Virus record (IMG/VR): IMGVR_UViG_3300037422_000298
Length of the DNA stretch: 64,000 nt
Origin: a virus
Lineage: Duplodnaviria > Caudoviricetes
Strand: one strand, 5' to 3'
Part shown: piece after piece, positions 18,875-28,122 of the stretch
Numbering within the stretch: position 1 is the first letter of the stretch
Layout of the letters: each line of letters starts with the position of its first letter
Made by a program: the position numbers and the translations under genes
Notes under the pieces: model-generated
The model's input: the letters and a program-made list of their open reading frames with translations, nothing else
Database searches by the model: none
Told to the model about the DNA's origin: nothing

Positions 18875-19674
18875 GTGATGACCCTCAACGGCGACGGCTT
18901 CTTGAACGGTTCGTCGGTGGCCGGACACATCCCGCAGAACGTCTCGGCCTGCTTCGCAGCGAACGCTTTCAGCTCCTCGTCGCTACAACTCGGATCGAGC
19001 GCTTCGTACGCGAGATACGGATCCCACGCAGGTGGCAGTGCGGGGTACGTTCGCTTGTGCAACGGCAGGTACGCGAGCGCGGGGCACTTCCAGAGCTTGC
19101 CTTCGTGCAGCTGCTTCGCGAGCCGCGCAGGGCAACGGCCCCAGCTCTTCTCCGGGCGGCCATCGCTGTACGGCAGCATGTCGGCGCCTTCGCCGTGATA
19201 CCGCCGTGTCCACCCTCGATGTGAATCCTTGGCGCTCACCATGAACGAGTACGCGCTTTGCCACTGTTTGAGCAACTCGCGGATGCGCACGACGTGTTCG
19301 TTGTAGATGATCGAATCGTCGTGGATGCTCCAAATGAGCGTGGTCTTGGTTTCGGCGAGCGCGCGTGGAAGCTCGGGATGCCGTTGAAGGAAGAAGCCGT
19401 TGGTGGTGAGTTCTAGCAACGTGTCCGGCCACTGCTGTCGCATCAGCACGACGATCTTCGTCAGTTCTGGATGCAGCGTTGGTTCTCCGCCGAGCACGCG
19501 AAACTTCCATGGTGCGATGCGCTGCTTCCACGCATTCGTCCACGCGAGCGCATCGTCGAGCGAGAGTAGACCCTTCGCCGTCGCCGTGTTGCTGTAGTGC
19601 GAACAGCTCTGACAGTTCAGGTTGCAGCCGTGCGCTGCGTGGATCTCGACGATATCGACGTGAACAAGCACCAC
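18871..19674 (-). CDS. Radical SAM protein
   Basis: CxxxCxxC (CNLNCQSC), GGEPTLHP, TTNG; C-terminal Cys cluster (KCP..CGMCP). Confidence 0.9.
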   Translation of the reverse strand: MVLVHVDIVEIHAAHGCNLNCQSCSHYSNTATAKGLLSLDDALAWTNAWKQRIAPWKFRVLGGEPTLHPELTKIVVLMRQQWPDTLLELTTNGFFLQRHPELPRALAETKTTLIWSIHDDSIIYNEHVVRIRELLKQWQSAYSFMVSAKDSHRGWTRRYHGEGADMLPYSDGRPEKSWGRCPARLAKQLHEGKLWKCPALAYLPLHKRTYPALPPAWDPYLAYEALDPSCSDEELKAFAAKQAETFCGMCPATDEPFKKPSPLRVIT

Positions 19675-19675
19675 A

Positions 19676-20101
19676 TCAATCTCGTAGCGCAGCTTCGATT
19701 TGCGCGATCAACTCGATCCGCCGTTGTGGAGGCAGCGGTCGAGGAGGATCTGGGTGCGTCCACGGCGGCTTTCGTGCAACAGGACAGTCACGAACGCGCG
19801 GGATCAGGTGAGCGTGCACGTGCGGCTCGTGGTTGCCCATGATCGCGTAGTTCATACGGTCGCAACCCGTCACACGTTGGATGGCTTTCGCCGCACGTCG
19901 AATGTCGACGAGAAACGCTTGAGCCAGCTCGTCGGAGATGTCTGTGAAGTCGACGTGGTGTTCGTCGAGCGCCAACACGGAGCGGCCTGGAAAACGTACG
20001 TCGTCGTAGAGCCCAAGCGTCGAGACTTGCAACGGACCGATGACCGCGTGCATCTGCCAATCACACGCCTTCGACTTGCAGTAGTAGACCGGCTTGGTCA
20101 T
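19676..20101 (-). CDS. HIT family hydrolase
   Basis: PHVHAHLIPR histidine triad; TACCGT -10 is 6 nt before the ATG. Confidence 0.85.
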   Translation of the reverse strand: MTKPVYYCKSKACDWQMHAVIGPLQVSTLGLYDDVRFPGRSVLALDEHHVDFTDISDELAQAFLVDIRRAAKAIQRVTGCDRMNYAIMGNHEPHVHAHLIPRVRDCPVARKPPWTHPDPPRPLPPQRRIELIAQIEAALRD

Positions 20102-20140
20102 GACGCCACGGTAGCGTGGCGGCGCGAGCGCGCGCAACTG

Positions 20141-20311
20141 CTAGCCACGACGGCAGGTGCATGGACAGTCGCTGACTCGGCCGCAAGCAACGCAGATGTA
20201 GACGCCGCGACCTTGAGGCGGGTGTTGCGGGCAGATCATCGAGCCGCGGGAGTCACACGTACACGGTTGATCAACACGCGTCTTCTCATCGTTGTCGCGC
20301 TTCTCGTTCAT
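20141..20311 (-). CDS. 56-aa Cys-rich small protein (below ORF-track cutoff)
   Basis: MNEKRDNDEKTRVDQPCTCDSRGSMICPQHPPQGRGVYICVACGRVSDCPCTCRRG. Confidence 0.45.
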   Translation of the reverse strand: MNEKRDNDEKTRVDQPCTCDSRGSMICPQHPPQGRGVYICVACGRVSDCPCTCRRG

Positions 20312-20331
20312 CCCGCGTACGATGCCGTGGC

Positions 20332-20688
20332 GTGACGAAGCGACGCAAACCTCGAACGGTCACCGGACGCGTGGCTCTACGCCTTCGGGAGGCTGTCATC
20401 GGACCGGCGACAGCACTCAACCGCATGCGTGACGACCTGGAGTACGTCTTCATGCTCGTCGTTGCACAAGCAACGCAGCAAGGACTTCAACCGATCGACT
20501 TCGACAACGACGACGGCATCGATGCGTTGAGCGCAATCTTCATGGCGGTCACCGATCGCGATCGCGAGTTGATTCACGTGACGCCAGAGTGGCGCCGGGT
20601 CGTGATTTCCGCGCGGGCGCCACGGCGCGCGTTCTCGCCGCAGTTACCTGCTCGGCGGGATCACATCGGCATGCGAAGAGCGTCTTGA
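20332..20688 (+). CDS. Hypothetical protein
   Basis: 118-aa ORF divergent from the HIT operon. Confidence 0.55.
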   Translation: MTKRRKPRTVTGRVALRLREAVIGPATALNRMRDDLEYVFMLVVAQATQQGLQPIDFDNDDGIDALSAIFMAVTDRDRELIHVTPEWRRVVISARAPRRAFSPQLPARRDHIGMRRAS

Positions 20689-20713
20689 CAACGCGCAGAC
20701 AGCCCGCTAGGGT
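20685..20713 (+). promoter_or_regulatory. Sigma70 promoter of the RNA cluster
   Basis: TTGACA(20685-20690)-17 nt-TAGGGT(20708-20713); predicted TSS ~20720 coincides with the first RNA. Confidence 0.75.
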
Positions 20714-20720
20714 ACGTCTC

Positions 20721-20819
20721 GGCTGGTTACCACCAGCGTCGTGCTTACAAGCGCCGCAAGGCACCTTCTACCATCAGACAGGAAGAAACCAGCACGACGC
20801 ACTCGGTGACCAGACACCA
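20721..20819 (+). ncRNA. RNA A: ~100-nt Y-RNA-like structured RNA
   Basis: 9-bp CTGGTTACC/GGTGACCAG, ACCA/ACTC internal loop, 10-bp GCGTCGTGCT/AGCACGACGC, TACAAGC, GCAA tetraloop hairpin, 3' ACCA. Confidence 0.7.
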
Positions 20820-20820
20820 T

Positions 20821-20949
20821 CGCGGGTAAGCGCACTGGGTGCGCGCTCCTCTCATAAGGGAAAAACCTCACAGTCACATCTCGCCGTGCACGCGCGGCAT
20901 CCGCAACTGTGTACAAGCCAGCTAGGTTCGATTCCTAGACCCGCGACCA
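20821..20949 (+). tRNA. RNA B: tRNA-like, CAT anticodon, 59-nt structured variable-arm insert
   Basis: Acceptor CGCGGGT/ACCCGCG-A-CCA, D arm, CTCATAA loop, T arm CTAGG-TTCGATT-CCTAG; insert 20863-20921. Confidence 0.7.
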
Positions 20950-20979
20950 CCTGACAACTGAAGAGCGCGCCAAATTTTC

Positions 20980-21119
20980 CGGGGGTCACGCCGGTCGGTC
21001 CGGCACTTGAATACGGATCAAGCAAACACTCAACAGCGGCACTCGGCGTCGACGTTCACGCGAAGACGCCACTCGTCGAATGTTTACAAGCTAGTGGTTC
21101 GACTCCACAACCCCCGACC
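20980..21119 (+). tRNA. RNA C: tRNA-like, ACG (Arg) anticodon, 70-nt structured variable-arm insert
   Basis: Acceptor CGGGGGT/ACCCCCG, GCCGG/CCGGC D arm, CTTGA-ATACGGA-TCAAG, TTCGACT T loop; insert 21023-21092. Confidence 0.65.
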
Positions 21120-21242
21120 GAAGTCGTCATCCAGAGGTGCTCACACGCATAGCTCAATCGAAGAGCGTCGCCCTGATAAGGCGAAGGTTGCGGTCTCATA
21201 AACCGCTGCATTCAACACCCAGCATCTCACCTCGACGGCTTC
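21120..21242 (+). ncRNA. RNA D: tRNA-Ile(GAT)-like body on an extended interrupted stem
   Basis: GAAGTCGTC/GACGGCTTC and GAGGTGCT/AGCATCTC stems enclose a D arm, TCGCC-CTGATAA-GGCGA and a T-position arm with CTCATAA loop. Confidence 0.7.
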
Positions 21243-21309
21243 TACCTACGCTCTCCGAAGAACGCGACGCAGCCTCGTGCCGCCTAGCGGTCGTAAAGAG
21301 GGCACCTAT

Positions 21310-21383
<74 letters not shown>

Positions 21384-21386
21384 CTA

Positions 21387-21517
21387 GAAGCCGTCATCAC
21401 GAAGCGCTCACACGCATTGACCAACGGTAGGTCATCAGTCTCGTAAACTGACGGTTGCAGGTTCAAGTCCTGCTGCACCTCGCAAGAGGATCTCCAGCGT
21501 TTCACCTCGACGGCTTC
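21387..21517 (+). ncRNA. RNA E: tRNA-Thr(CGT)-like body on an extended interrupted stem
   Basis: GAAGCCGTC/GACGGCTTC and GAAGCGCT/AGCGTTTC stems enclose a D arm, TCAGT-CTCGTAA-ACTGA, GCAGG-TTCAAGT-CCTGC and an extra GCAA hairpin. Confidence 0.75.
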
Positions 21518-21539
21518 GAACTTTTCAGTGAGCACGGCC

Positions 21540-21971
21540 ATGGCGCGCCCTCCACACGAAATCATCCACGAGCGTGCTCGTTGGGAAATCGAGTACGACG
21601 CTCAACGCGCTGCGCTCGAAGCCAAGTACGGCGTGCCGTACGAGAAGCTGCCCGAGATCTTGCGGTACCCACCACCGGAGCATCCGCAGCACGGGAACCC
21701 GCGACGGTTCGACTACGTCAGCCTTTTTGGGCGGCGCTACAACGCCCGTTCGAGATCGTCGCGGCGGCTTATCCTAGCTGGTCGTGATCAGCTCGGTTGG
21801 CGTACACGTCGCGAACACTATCTCGATCGCGTCGAGAAGTTTCGTCAGGCCGAGATCGCCGTTCGCAAGCTCCGTACGAAACGGACTGGACGCGGCAAGC
21901 CACTCGATCGTAAAGCTCACGTGCATGCACGTGAACGTATCGATGCGCGCGAGTGGCGCGACGAGTTGTAG
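21540..21971 (+). CDS. Basic hypothetical protein
   Basis: Arg-rich 143-aa ORF after the RNA cluster. Confidence 0.6.
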   Translation: MARPPHEIIHERARWEIEYDAQRAALEAKYGVPYEKLPEILRYPPPEHPQHGNPRRFDYVSLFGRRYNARSRSSRRLILAGRDQLGWRTRREHYLDRVEKFRQAEIAVRKLRTKRTGRGKPLDRKAHVHARERIDAREWRDEL

Positions 21972-21974
21972 GTC

Positions 21975-22340
21975 GTGATCATCAACGGCGGTGTTGTGAC
22001 CTGTACGTGCGGCAATGCTGCACGCTACATCAACGAACGCGGCGAGCTGTGCTGTTCGCTGTGTCCGCTCAAAGAGGGCATCGACTCGATCAAGCTCGAC
22101 GACGTACCGAAGCTGCTCGCATGGGCACGTAGACTGGACGAGCGCGCAGAGACCAGTCTCGGGGTTCATGCGGCGGACGTTTTTGATCTGCGCGACATCA
22201 TCCAACGCGCGCCGGTTTGTGGTGCGCCCGTCGGCAGCAACGGCGCGTTCGATCCGCGTTCGTACCCATCGTGCGCGAAGTCGCGAGGTCACCAAGGGCG
22301 GCACCTTTCAGAGCGAAACCTCGCTGACGGGCACGAATGA
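21975..22340 (+). CDS. Cys-rich hypothetical protein
   Basis: CTCG..CCSLC, C..C.K..GH.G.H; ATGA overlap with dcd. Confidence 0.55.
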   Translation: MIINGGVVTCTCGNAARYINERGELCCSLCPLKEGIDSIKLDDVPKLLAWARRLDERAETSLGVHAADVFDLRDIIQRAPVCGAPVGSNGAFDPRSYPSCAKSRGHQGRHLSERNLADGHE

Positions 22341-22975
22341 TTCTCAGCGACAAGCAAATCCGTGCCGCGCGCGAACGCCGCGAGATCATCATCGAGCCAT
22401 GGGACGATAAGTCGCTTGGGACGAACAGCTACGACGTTCATCTCGGCGAGACGCTCATGACGTACGGTCCGTCGCGCCGACCGATCGGTTTCGATAGCTG
22501 GACCGACGAGAATGGCGTGCCATGGACGGCGCCAATTCTTCTCGACGCGCGTGAAGAGACGCCGGTTCGTGCGCACAAGATCGGCCCTGCTGGTTTTGTC
22601 TTACGTCCAGGTGTGCTCTACCTCGGCGTCACGCAGGAGTACACCGAGACACACAAGCACGTGCCCTTCCTCGATGGCAAGAGCAGCATCGGCCGTCTCG
22701 GTATCACGATCCACTGCACGGCTGGTCGCGGTGACGTCGGCTTCTGCAACCACTGGACGATGGAGATCCACGTCGTCGAGCCTATCCGCGTCTATGCAGG
22801 CATGCCGATCGGTCAGCTGATCTACTTCGAGACCGGTCCCGTCGACATTCCGTACAACAAGAAGTCGAACGCGAAGTACAACGAGCGTTGCGACAAGCCG
22901 CAGCCGTCCCGTATGTGGAAGAACTTCGATCACGAGAACGCGCTGGGTGGTCCCGGCGGCGTACACGACGACTGA
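22337..22975 (+). CDS. dcd: dCTP deaminase
   Basis: MILSD, SYDVHLG, DGKSSIGRLGI, AGRGDVGF..WTMEI, GMPIGQLIY. Confidence 0.9.
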   Translation: MILSDKQIRAARERREIIIEPWDDKSLGTNSYDVHLGETLMTYGPSRRPIGFDSWTDENGVPWTAPILLDAREETPVRAHKIGPAGFVLRPGVLYLGVTQEYTETHKHVPFLDGKSSIGRLGITIHCTAGRGDVGFCNHWTMEIHVVEPIRVYAGMPIGQLIYFETGPVDIPYNKKSNAKYNERCDKPQPSRMWKNFDHENALGGPGGVHDD

Positions 22976-23097
22976 TGGCAAACCGAACCAATCCACGTCG
23001 CGGGGCTTTGCACGATTTTATGTTCGCGGCCTCGTCGGTGACCCAAAAAATGTGCAGGCCACCGAATAAATGTGCAGGTCGAACACAAGCTGCACAT

Positions 23098-23400
23098 TTA
23101 TTCGATCCGCGTATCTTCGTCGACAAAGTCATCCGGCGGGTGACCGCAGTGCGGGCACGTCCGAGGTGACAGCCACTCGCCCGCTAGCAGCTCTTCCAGG
23201 CTCACATCGACGAAGCGCGCCACACGCAGCGCCATCGTCGGCGTGACGGCCCGCTTGCCGGTCGCGACCTTCTGGACGCTGTCCCACTTGTAGCGCAGCA
23301 CCTTCGCGAGCGGCTCCCATGCCCCCACGCGAAGCCGCAGGAAGCGCAGGGCCGTGCGGACAGCTCGCTGTTCCTTCTCGGTCAGGTCGTTGAGCGTCAT
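23098..23400 (-). CDS. XRE-type HTH protein with C-terminal CPHC
   Basis: LAKVL..SVQKVATGKRAVTPTMALRVARFVDVSLEELL; coupled to the transposase stop. Confidence 0.7.
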   Translation of the reverse strand: MTLNDLTEKEQRAVRTALRFLRLRVGAWEPLAKVLRYKWDSVQKVATGKRAVTPTMALRVARFVDVSLEELLAGEWLSPRTCPHCGHPPDDFVDEDTRIE

Positions 23401-24582
23401 GGCTGCACCAACTCCAGTGCAGGCGCGGGCAGCGCAGCGGGCGCGTCCGGCCAAAACGTCGGCGTCAGGCCCGACATGAAGATGGCCTTCACCAAGCAGC
23501 ACAGGTTGTGCGCCAAGCACTTGGTCAGGACTTCGTTGATCTGCGCAGTGGGCCGTTTCGACATCACCGACGCACCGAACTTGGACTTGATCATCCACAT
23601 CGCGGACTCGACGTTGCTGCGGCGGTGGTAGTGCGGCAGGAACTTGTCCTGGTTGAAGCAGAACTCGGCGAGGTGCTTTGACCACACGGGCGCCTTCGGA
23701 TCAACCTTCGCGTTCTCCTTGAACGGGATGAACGCCTCAACGCCGAACGATTCGAGCACAGCGTGGTTCTTCTTCGACGAGTACGCTTTGTCGGCCGAGA
23801 CTTCACGGACGTTGAAGCGCTTCATCGTCTGCACCAGCAGCTCTGGCAACTGCGGGCAGTCGCCTTCCTGTGACACCTTCACGCCCGTGATCGCGTGGGT
23901 CACGGTGCCGATCATGACGTGCAGCTTCACCCACGGGTGCTGCGCGTTCAGTTTGCCGTGCTTCTGATCGAACCAACGGTCGTAGGTCACGGTCGAGAAC
24001 CCGGTGGAATCGACCGCGAACTGGCCGTTCTCTCTGGATCGAGTTCTCGTGCCGGACGTGGCTGAGATGGCCCTTGGCGGCGCACGCTTCAAGGTCCGAC
24101 TTCATGCGACGGCCCGAGAGCATCGTGTAGACCTTCATGACGGCCGAGAACACGAGGTCGCTCAACAGGCACGGGTTGCGTCCCGGCCCCGGCTTGCGCG
24201 GCGGTTGAACGATCAACGCGCACAGCGCCCGTAGCAGGCGCTCGACGTACTCGCGCTCGTGATGCTGGCTGGCGTTGTATGCCGACCAGTCGCGCTGCGG
24301 GTACGTCTTGCGCTTGACGGCGATCGTCTCGGTCACGCTGCCGTCTGCCGCGACATCGCGGCCCCAGGCGATCCAGTAGAGGACCGCATGCTGATGCTTG
24401 CAGGTGCCCTTGCGCAGCTCGTAGTCGGGGCACGTGCAGGCCGAGTCTTCGATGTCGACGAGGTAACGATTCGACGCGCTCGTCTGCGACGGCACGGCCC
24501 AGCGGCGACCGACCCGTTTGATGACGGTCGCAGCAGCGAGCTGCCGCCCGCGAGCTTCCCGAATGTCCAACGCCGTTTCCAT
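23397..24582 (-). pseudogene. SWIM zinc finger plus IS4/IS5-like DDE transposase, frameshifted near 24035
   Basis: CTCPD..CKH (SWIM), YPQRDWSAYN in one frame; FAVDSTGF, WVKLH, SADKAY, YHRRSNVES..MIK in another. Confidence 0.85.
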
Positions 24583-24595
24583 GATGACCTAACGT

Positions 24596-24665
24596 AATAC
24601 ATTAGGCTGACATTCCAAGAATCGCCCGAACTTGACGTCCGTGAACTGATGGAATACATTAGGCT
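24596..24665. promoter_or_regulatory. 13-bp direct repeat AATACATTAGGCT between divergent transposase and RHH genes
   Basis: Identical copies at 24596-24608 and 24653-24665; likely operator sites. Confidence 0.55.
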
Positions 24666-24668
24666 TCC

Positions 24669-24851
24669 ATGGCAGCCATCAAACGCCGGAAACCGGCAAA
24701 CGCCCGCAAGGAAGCTCATCTGCGGGTACGGGTCAGCGAGGCCCACCTGGATGAGTTCAAGACTGCGGCTAGCAAAGCCGGAATCTCGATCTCGGCATGG
24801 GTCACCGAGCGGCTGCTCAAGTGCGCGCGTCAAGAGAACCGCGCTGACTAG
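24669..24851 (+). CDS. Ribbon-helix-helix (CopG-like) protein
   Basis: LRVRVSEAHLDEFKTAASKAGISISAWV. Confidence 0.7.
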   Translation: MAAIKRRKPANARKEAHLRVRVSEAHLDEFKTAASKAGISISAWVTERLLKCARQENRAD

Positions 24852-25201
24852 AAAGCCGGAACGATGTTGGTGGCGCGGTAACGCCCGCTGCCGACGCTCT
24901 CAACGAAGCGCATCTTGACGGCCTTGGCGAGCCGGTACGACACGGCGTGCGTCGGGATCTTGAGGCGTGCTGCAATCTCGCGACGGGGCAGTGGCGTGTT
25001 CGCGTCGCGCAGGACTTTCACCGTCGCCTTGATGTCCTCGATGGCTTCGGTGCGCGTCGAGCGCTTCCGGCGAGACTTCGACTTGGCACCGCCGTTCTCG
25101 TCGAGGATCTGCGCCTTGATCGCGGCGCGGTCGCTTTCAAGCTGCGCGATCTCGCGGGTGACGGCCTCGTACTTCTTGAGCAGCGTAGATAAGCGCGACA
25201 T
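24848..25201 (-). CDS. Coiled-coil plus winged HTH protein (transposon cargo)
   Basis: PLPRREIAARLKIPTHAVSYRL..VESVGSGRY. Confidence 0.65.
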   Translation of the reverse strand: MSRLSTLLKKYEAVTREIAQLESDRAAIKAQILDENGGAKSKSRRKRSTRTEAIEDIKATVKVLRDANTPLPRREIAARLKIPTHAVSYRLAKAVKMRFVESVGSGRYRATNIVPAF

Positions 25202-25342
25202 GGACCTCTCTCCTGTTTGTGTTCGCGCTTCGATCTTTACGTTCGATTTGAACGTGCTTGGAGTGCCGAAAGCGAGGTGTCGAATCGATCCGTCACCGCG
25301 TACTTAACGTGGGTTACGAAACGATCTCACCGTTTCGTTTCA

Positions 25343-26020
25343 TCACCGTTTGGCTTTCAGGCGGCGGCGAGCGCGGATGCTCTTGAAGACCACGATCCAG
25401 CGCAGAACCGGGTCCGGATCGTCCGAGCCGGGTCCGTCAGGGAACTGCCCGGAATCGACAAGTTGCTGCGCGATCTCGCCATCGGTCATTCCAAGCTGCA
25501 TGGCGAACCGAAGCAGCCCTTCAAGCGCGATGTTTGGTACGCGCCCAGTTGCGTTCGACGGACGGCTCATTCGCCAGAGCTTCGCCGATTCCAAATACTG
25601 GCCTGGTGCAGCGCGGACGTACTCGGCAGCGGTCGCCAACGCCTTCGCGAGCCGCCGAAATTCGTCGGCAGTTTTGGGCGCTGTGATGCCGGTTTTCTTG
25701 ATCCTGATGAGCGCGATCTTGGTCAACGAGTCGTCTGCCAGACCCATACGTGCGATCCGCTTCTCGATCAGCTCGACGGGCTTGCGCTTGATGCCGGTGG
25801 CGATCTGGTCAAGTACCTCTGCTTCCTCTTCGAGCAGCCCAGCAAGTGTCTTGACCTGTTTGACGGTGAGACCGCCACGTAGATGCCGAGTCAGCTCGTA
25901 CAGCGCGATCTTGTACCGGAGGCTGGCTTCGACCGGCCACGGCGCCCCGGTCGGGTTAGGTGCGTTGGAGGGTCGCTTCGGCCGTTTCGTCACCAAAACG
26001 ATCGTCGAGCGGGCTCGCAA
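25343..26020 (-). CDS. Hypothetical helical protein (cargo)
   Basis: 225-aa ORF; start uncertain. Confidence 0.5.
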   Translation of the reverse strand: MRARSTIVLVTKRPKRPSNAPNPTGAPWPVEASLRYKIALYELTRHLRGGLTVKQVKTLAGLLEEEAEVLDQIATGIKRKPVELIEKRIARMGLADDSLTKIALIRIKKTGITAPKTADEFRRLAKALATAAEYVRAAPGQYLESAKLWRMSRPSNATGRVPNIALEGLLRFAMQLGMTDGEIAQQLVDSGQFPDGPGSDDPDPVLRWIVVFKSIRARRRLKAKR

Positions 26021-26060
26021 TCAGGGCAAAATTCTTGCTGGTTTCTGGTAATCTACCGGC

Positions 26061-27052
26061 ATGGCACGGCTCGTACCTAAGATCCCCCGCAGCAAACGCT
26101 CGCGGAAGTTGCTGACGCGCGCGGAAGCGTGTAGCCGCGCCCAGCGCGACCACGAGCGCGCAATCGGCAAGAAGTTCGTGGTCGATGAAGTCGATGGATA
26201 CATCAACGACGACAGCACTACATGCGGTCCAGCGGTCGTGCGCGTTCGCAAGACCGCGCCCAGTGACATCTGCCGGGTCATGGATGACTTCGTGGATCCG
26301 GTTTGGGATGTGGAAGTCGTTACGGGTGATGACACGTGCAGGCGGCTACGTAGTGCGTGGGTCTACGGGCCGACGTACAACCTGAAGCCCCGCAAGAGGA
26401 GCCGCTAGTCATGGCGAAGCGTGCCTCTTCTTGTTCGATACCCAACCTGGACCGGGTCTTGGATCGTATGCCAACGCCGTATGGCGAAGTCACGATTGAC
26501 GCGGCCGGATGTACGCAAGCGCAGGTCGAGCGAATCTACGCCCATGCGAAAGCACGTGGATTTCACGCCTCGGGCACCTGGCGGTGGATACTGATTCGTC
26601 AGCCTCTACGCCACCTCGGCCGCACGAAACGACGTACGAAGCTTGCGGTCGCGCGTCGTCAACGCCGCGTCGCCGCCTAGTCACCACGACACGAATTCGG
26701 CTACAATGATCGCCCCATGGACGTTCTGTTCTCGCTCGGAGCGTTGTTCATCGGCATCAGAGTTCGATACTGGGCGGCAGCCGCTATTGCGGCTCTTCAC
26801 CTGACAGCGGTGACACTGGCGATCGTTGCGCTCGCGGCGAAGAAGGGCCCGTTGGTGATTCCGTCCAACGTGCTCTACCTCGGAGCTATCATCGCTGCTG
26901 TCGTTTTCTACCTTCGCGGGCGGCGACTTCCCAAGGATCACGAACGGCGTGAGACGTGTGAGCTTCTCGGCGCTGTTGGGTTCATTGGCGCGATTGCTGC
27001 AATCATCGTCGTAATCGTTACAGCTTCAGGGTCGTCAATCTTCCGACCGTAG
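26061..27052 (+). CDS. Three cargo ORFs: 26061-26408, 26411-26680 (basic) and 26717-27052 (multi-TM membrane protein)
   Basis: Consecutive same-strand ORFs inside the TIRs. Confidence 0.55.
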
Positions 27053-27698
27053 ACCCGTTCGCGGTGTCGGATCGCGGCCGATATTTGTGCAGCCCGCAGC
27101 TATTTTTGTGCAGTCGGGTTCGCGACTTCAATAACTGTGCAAAGCCACGTCGCGGTGACGCGTATCGTAGCGAGCACGGACCGCGTTACGAGAACGGCGA
27201 TCCAGGTGCCGGTTGCAACGCCACGCACGTCGCGCGTTCACGTCGTTCGTGGAAGCGCCTTGCGAATCGTTCCGAGCGTCGAACCGGTAGGACGCTCTCG
27301 AAGTTCAACGGCCAGCACCGGCAACGCCCCAATCAATGAAAGGTGATCATGTTCAAGTGCAAGATGTGCGGCAGCGATTCGGCGATAGGGGAGACGCTCG
27401 CGAGGGTCGTCGTCGCGACACGTCGGAAGGAGTACCCGAGCTTCCAGCGTGCAGATGGTACGCACGATCGCGGCGGCACTGGGATCGAGATCGCGCGCGA
27501 GACGTCTGGTCACGAGAGTTGCGTAAGGACGCTACAGGCCGAGCTTCTCGCAGCAGCGCCGCCGATGCTAGCGTTCGCGGACACGGTCATGTACACGACC
27601 GATGTTGCGTCCGGATCAGTACCGTTCAACGGCGTCGTCTAGCGCGATCGTGCGAGCGATCGGGGTTGTGATAGGCTCGGAAGCCAAGGAGAAAGACC

Positions 27699-28064
27699 AT
27701 GGCCGTTACTCTCACGCTCGTCTCGGCGACGCCACATTCACTCAAGTATCTTTGGACGCACGACGGCGTCGGTGGCGCGAGCATTCAGCGTACGCAGGCG
27801 CAGATTCTTGCGGACTTCGCGGGCATCCAAGGGCCGAGTCCTCTCAAGGATGCCCTCAGTACTACCAGCGATGCCGTTTGGGCTGCGCTCCAAGCTAGCT
27901 CACGGCTCTCGGTGTACACGACCATCACAGCTTTTGGTGTAGTCACTTGCATTCGTGGAGCGCTCGTACTGGATCCGGGTCGGGTGTTGGACGTCGACGG
28001 TGTCAACGGCGCTGCAGCTGCGGCACTCGTCGAGATTCGATTCCATCACACGATCGAACGGTAA
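27699..28064 (+). CDS. Putative virion protein, HTIE family paralog 1
   Basis: MAVTLTLVSATPHSLKY...VEIRFHHTIER; AGGAG RBS; palindrome 27645-27662. Confidence 0.8.
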   Translation: MAVTLTLVSATPHSLKYLWTHDGVGGASIQRTQAQILADFAGIQGPSPLKDALSTTSDAVWAALQASSRLSVYTTITAFGVVTCIRGALVLDPGRVLDVDGVNGAAAAALVEIRFHHTIER

Positions 28065-28074
28065 CGGTGTACCG

Positions 28075-28101
28075 CGATCGCTCGCGCGATCGTGCTAGAA
28101 T
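28075..28101 (+). promoter_or_regulatory. CGATCG-N6-CGATCG palindrome plus extended -10 TGC-TAGAAT
   Basis: cgatcgctcgcgcgatcg-tgc-tagaat. Confidence 0.8.
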
Positions 28102-28122
28102 CGACGGCCAAGGAGAAAGACC

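Larger units (their letters stand above)
23004..27146. mobile_element. 4143-bp cargo-carrying transposon with SWIM-DDE transposase
   Basis: TIR GGCTTTGCAC (23004-23013)/GTGCAAAGCC (27137-27146); 9-bp TSD ACGTCGCGG (22995-23003, 27147-27155); subterminal TGTGCAG repeats. Confidence 0.9.
22975..27339 (+). pseudogene. Small basic gene split by the transposon (22975-23003 plus 27156-27339)
   Basis: Removing 23004-27146 and one TSD copy gives an uninterrupted MANRTNPRRGDAYRSEHGPRY...QRPNQ. Confidence 0.75.

Noticed and set aside
18152-20311. RiPP cluster (Cys peptide, radical SAM, glycosyltransferase)
   Set aside because: The HIT gene has its own leaderless promoter separating the peptide, and there is no transporter or peptidase; kept only as a low-interest note
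21250-21306. Hammerhead ribozyme in the spacer between RNA D and tRNA-fMet
   Set aside because: It can fold as a small three-way junction but lacks the CUGANGA/GAAA core; left unassigned
23990-24100. Programmed frameshift in the transposase
   Set aside because: No slippery run at the junction, and the segment between HENS and FAVDSTG looks too short, which fits a deletion better
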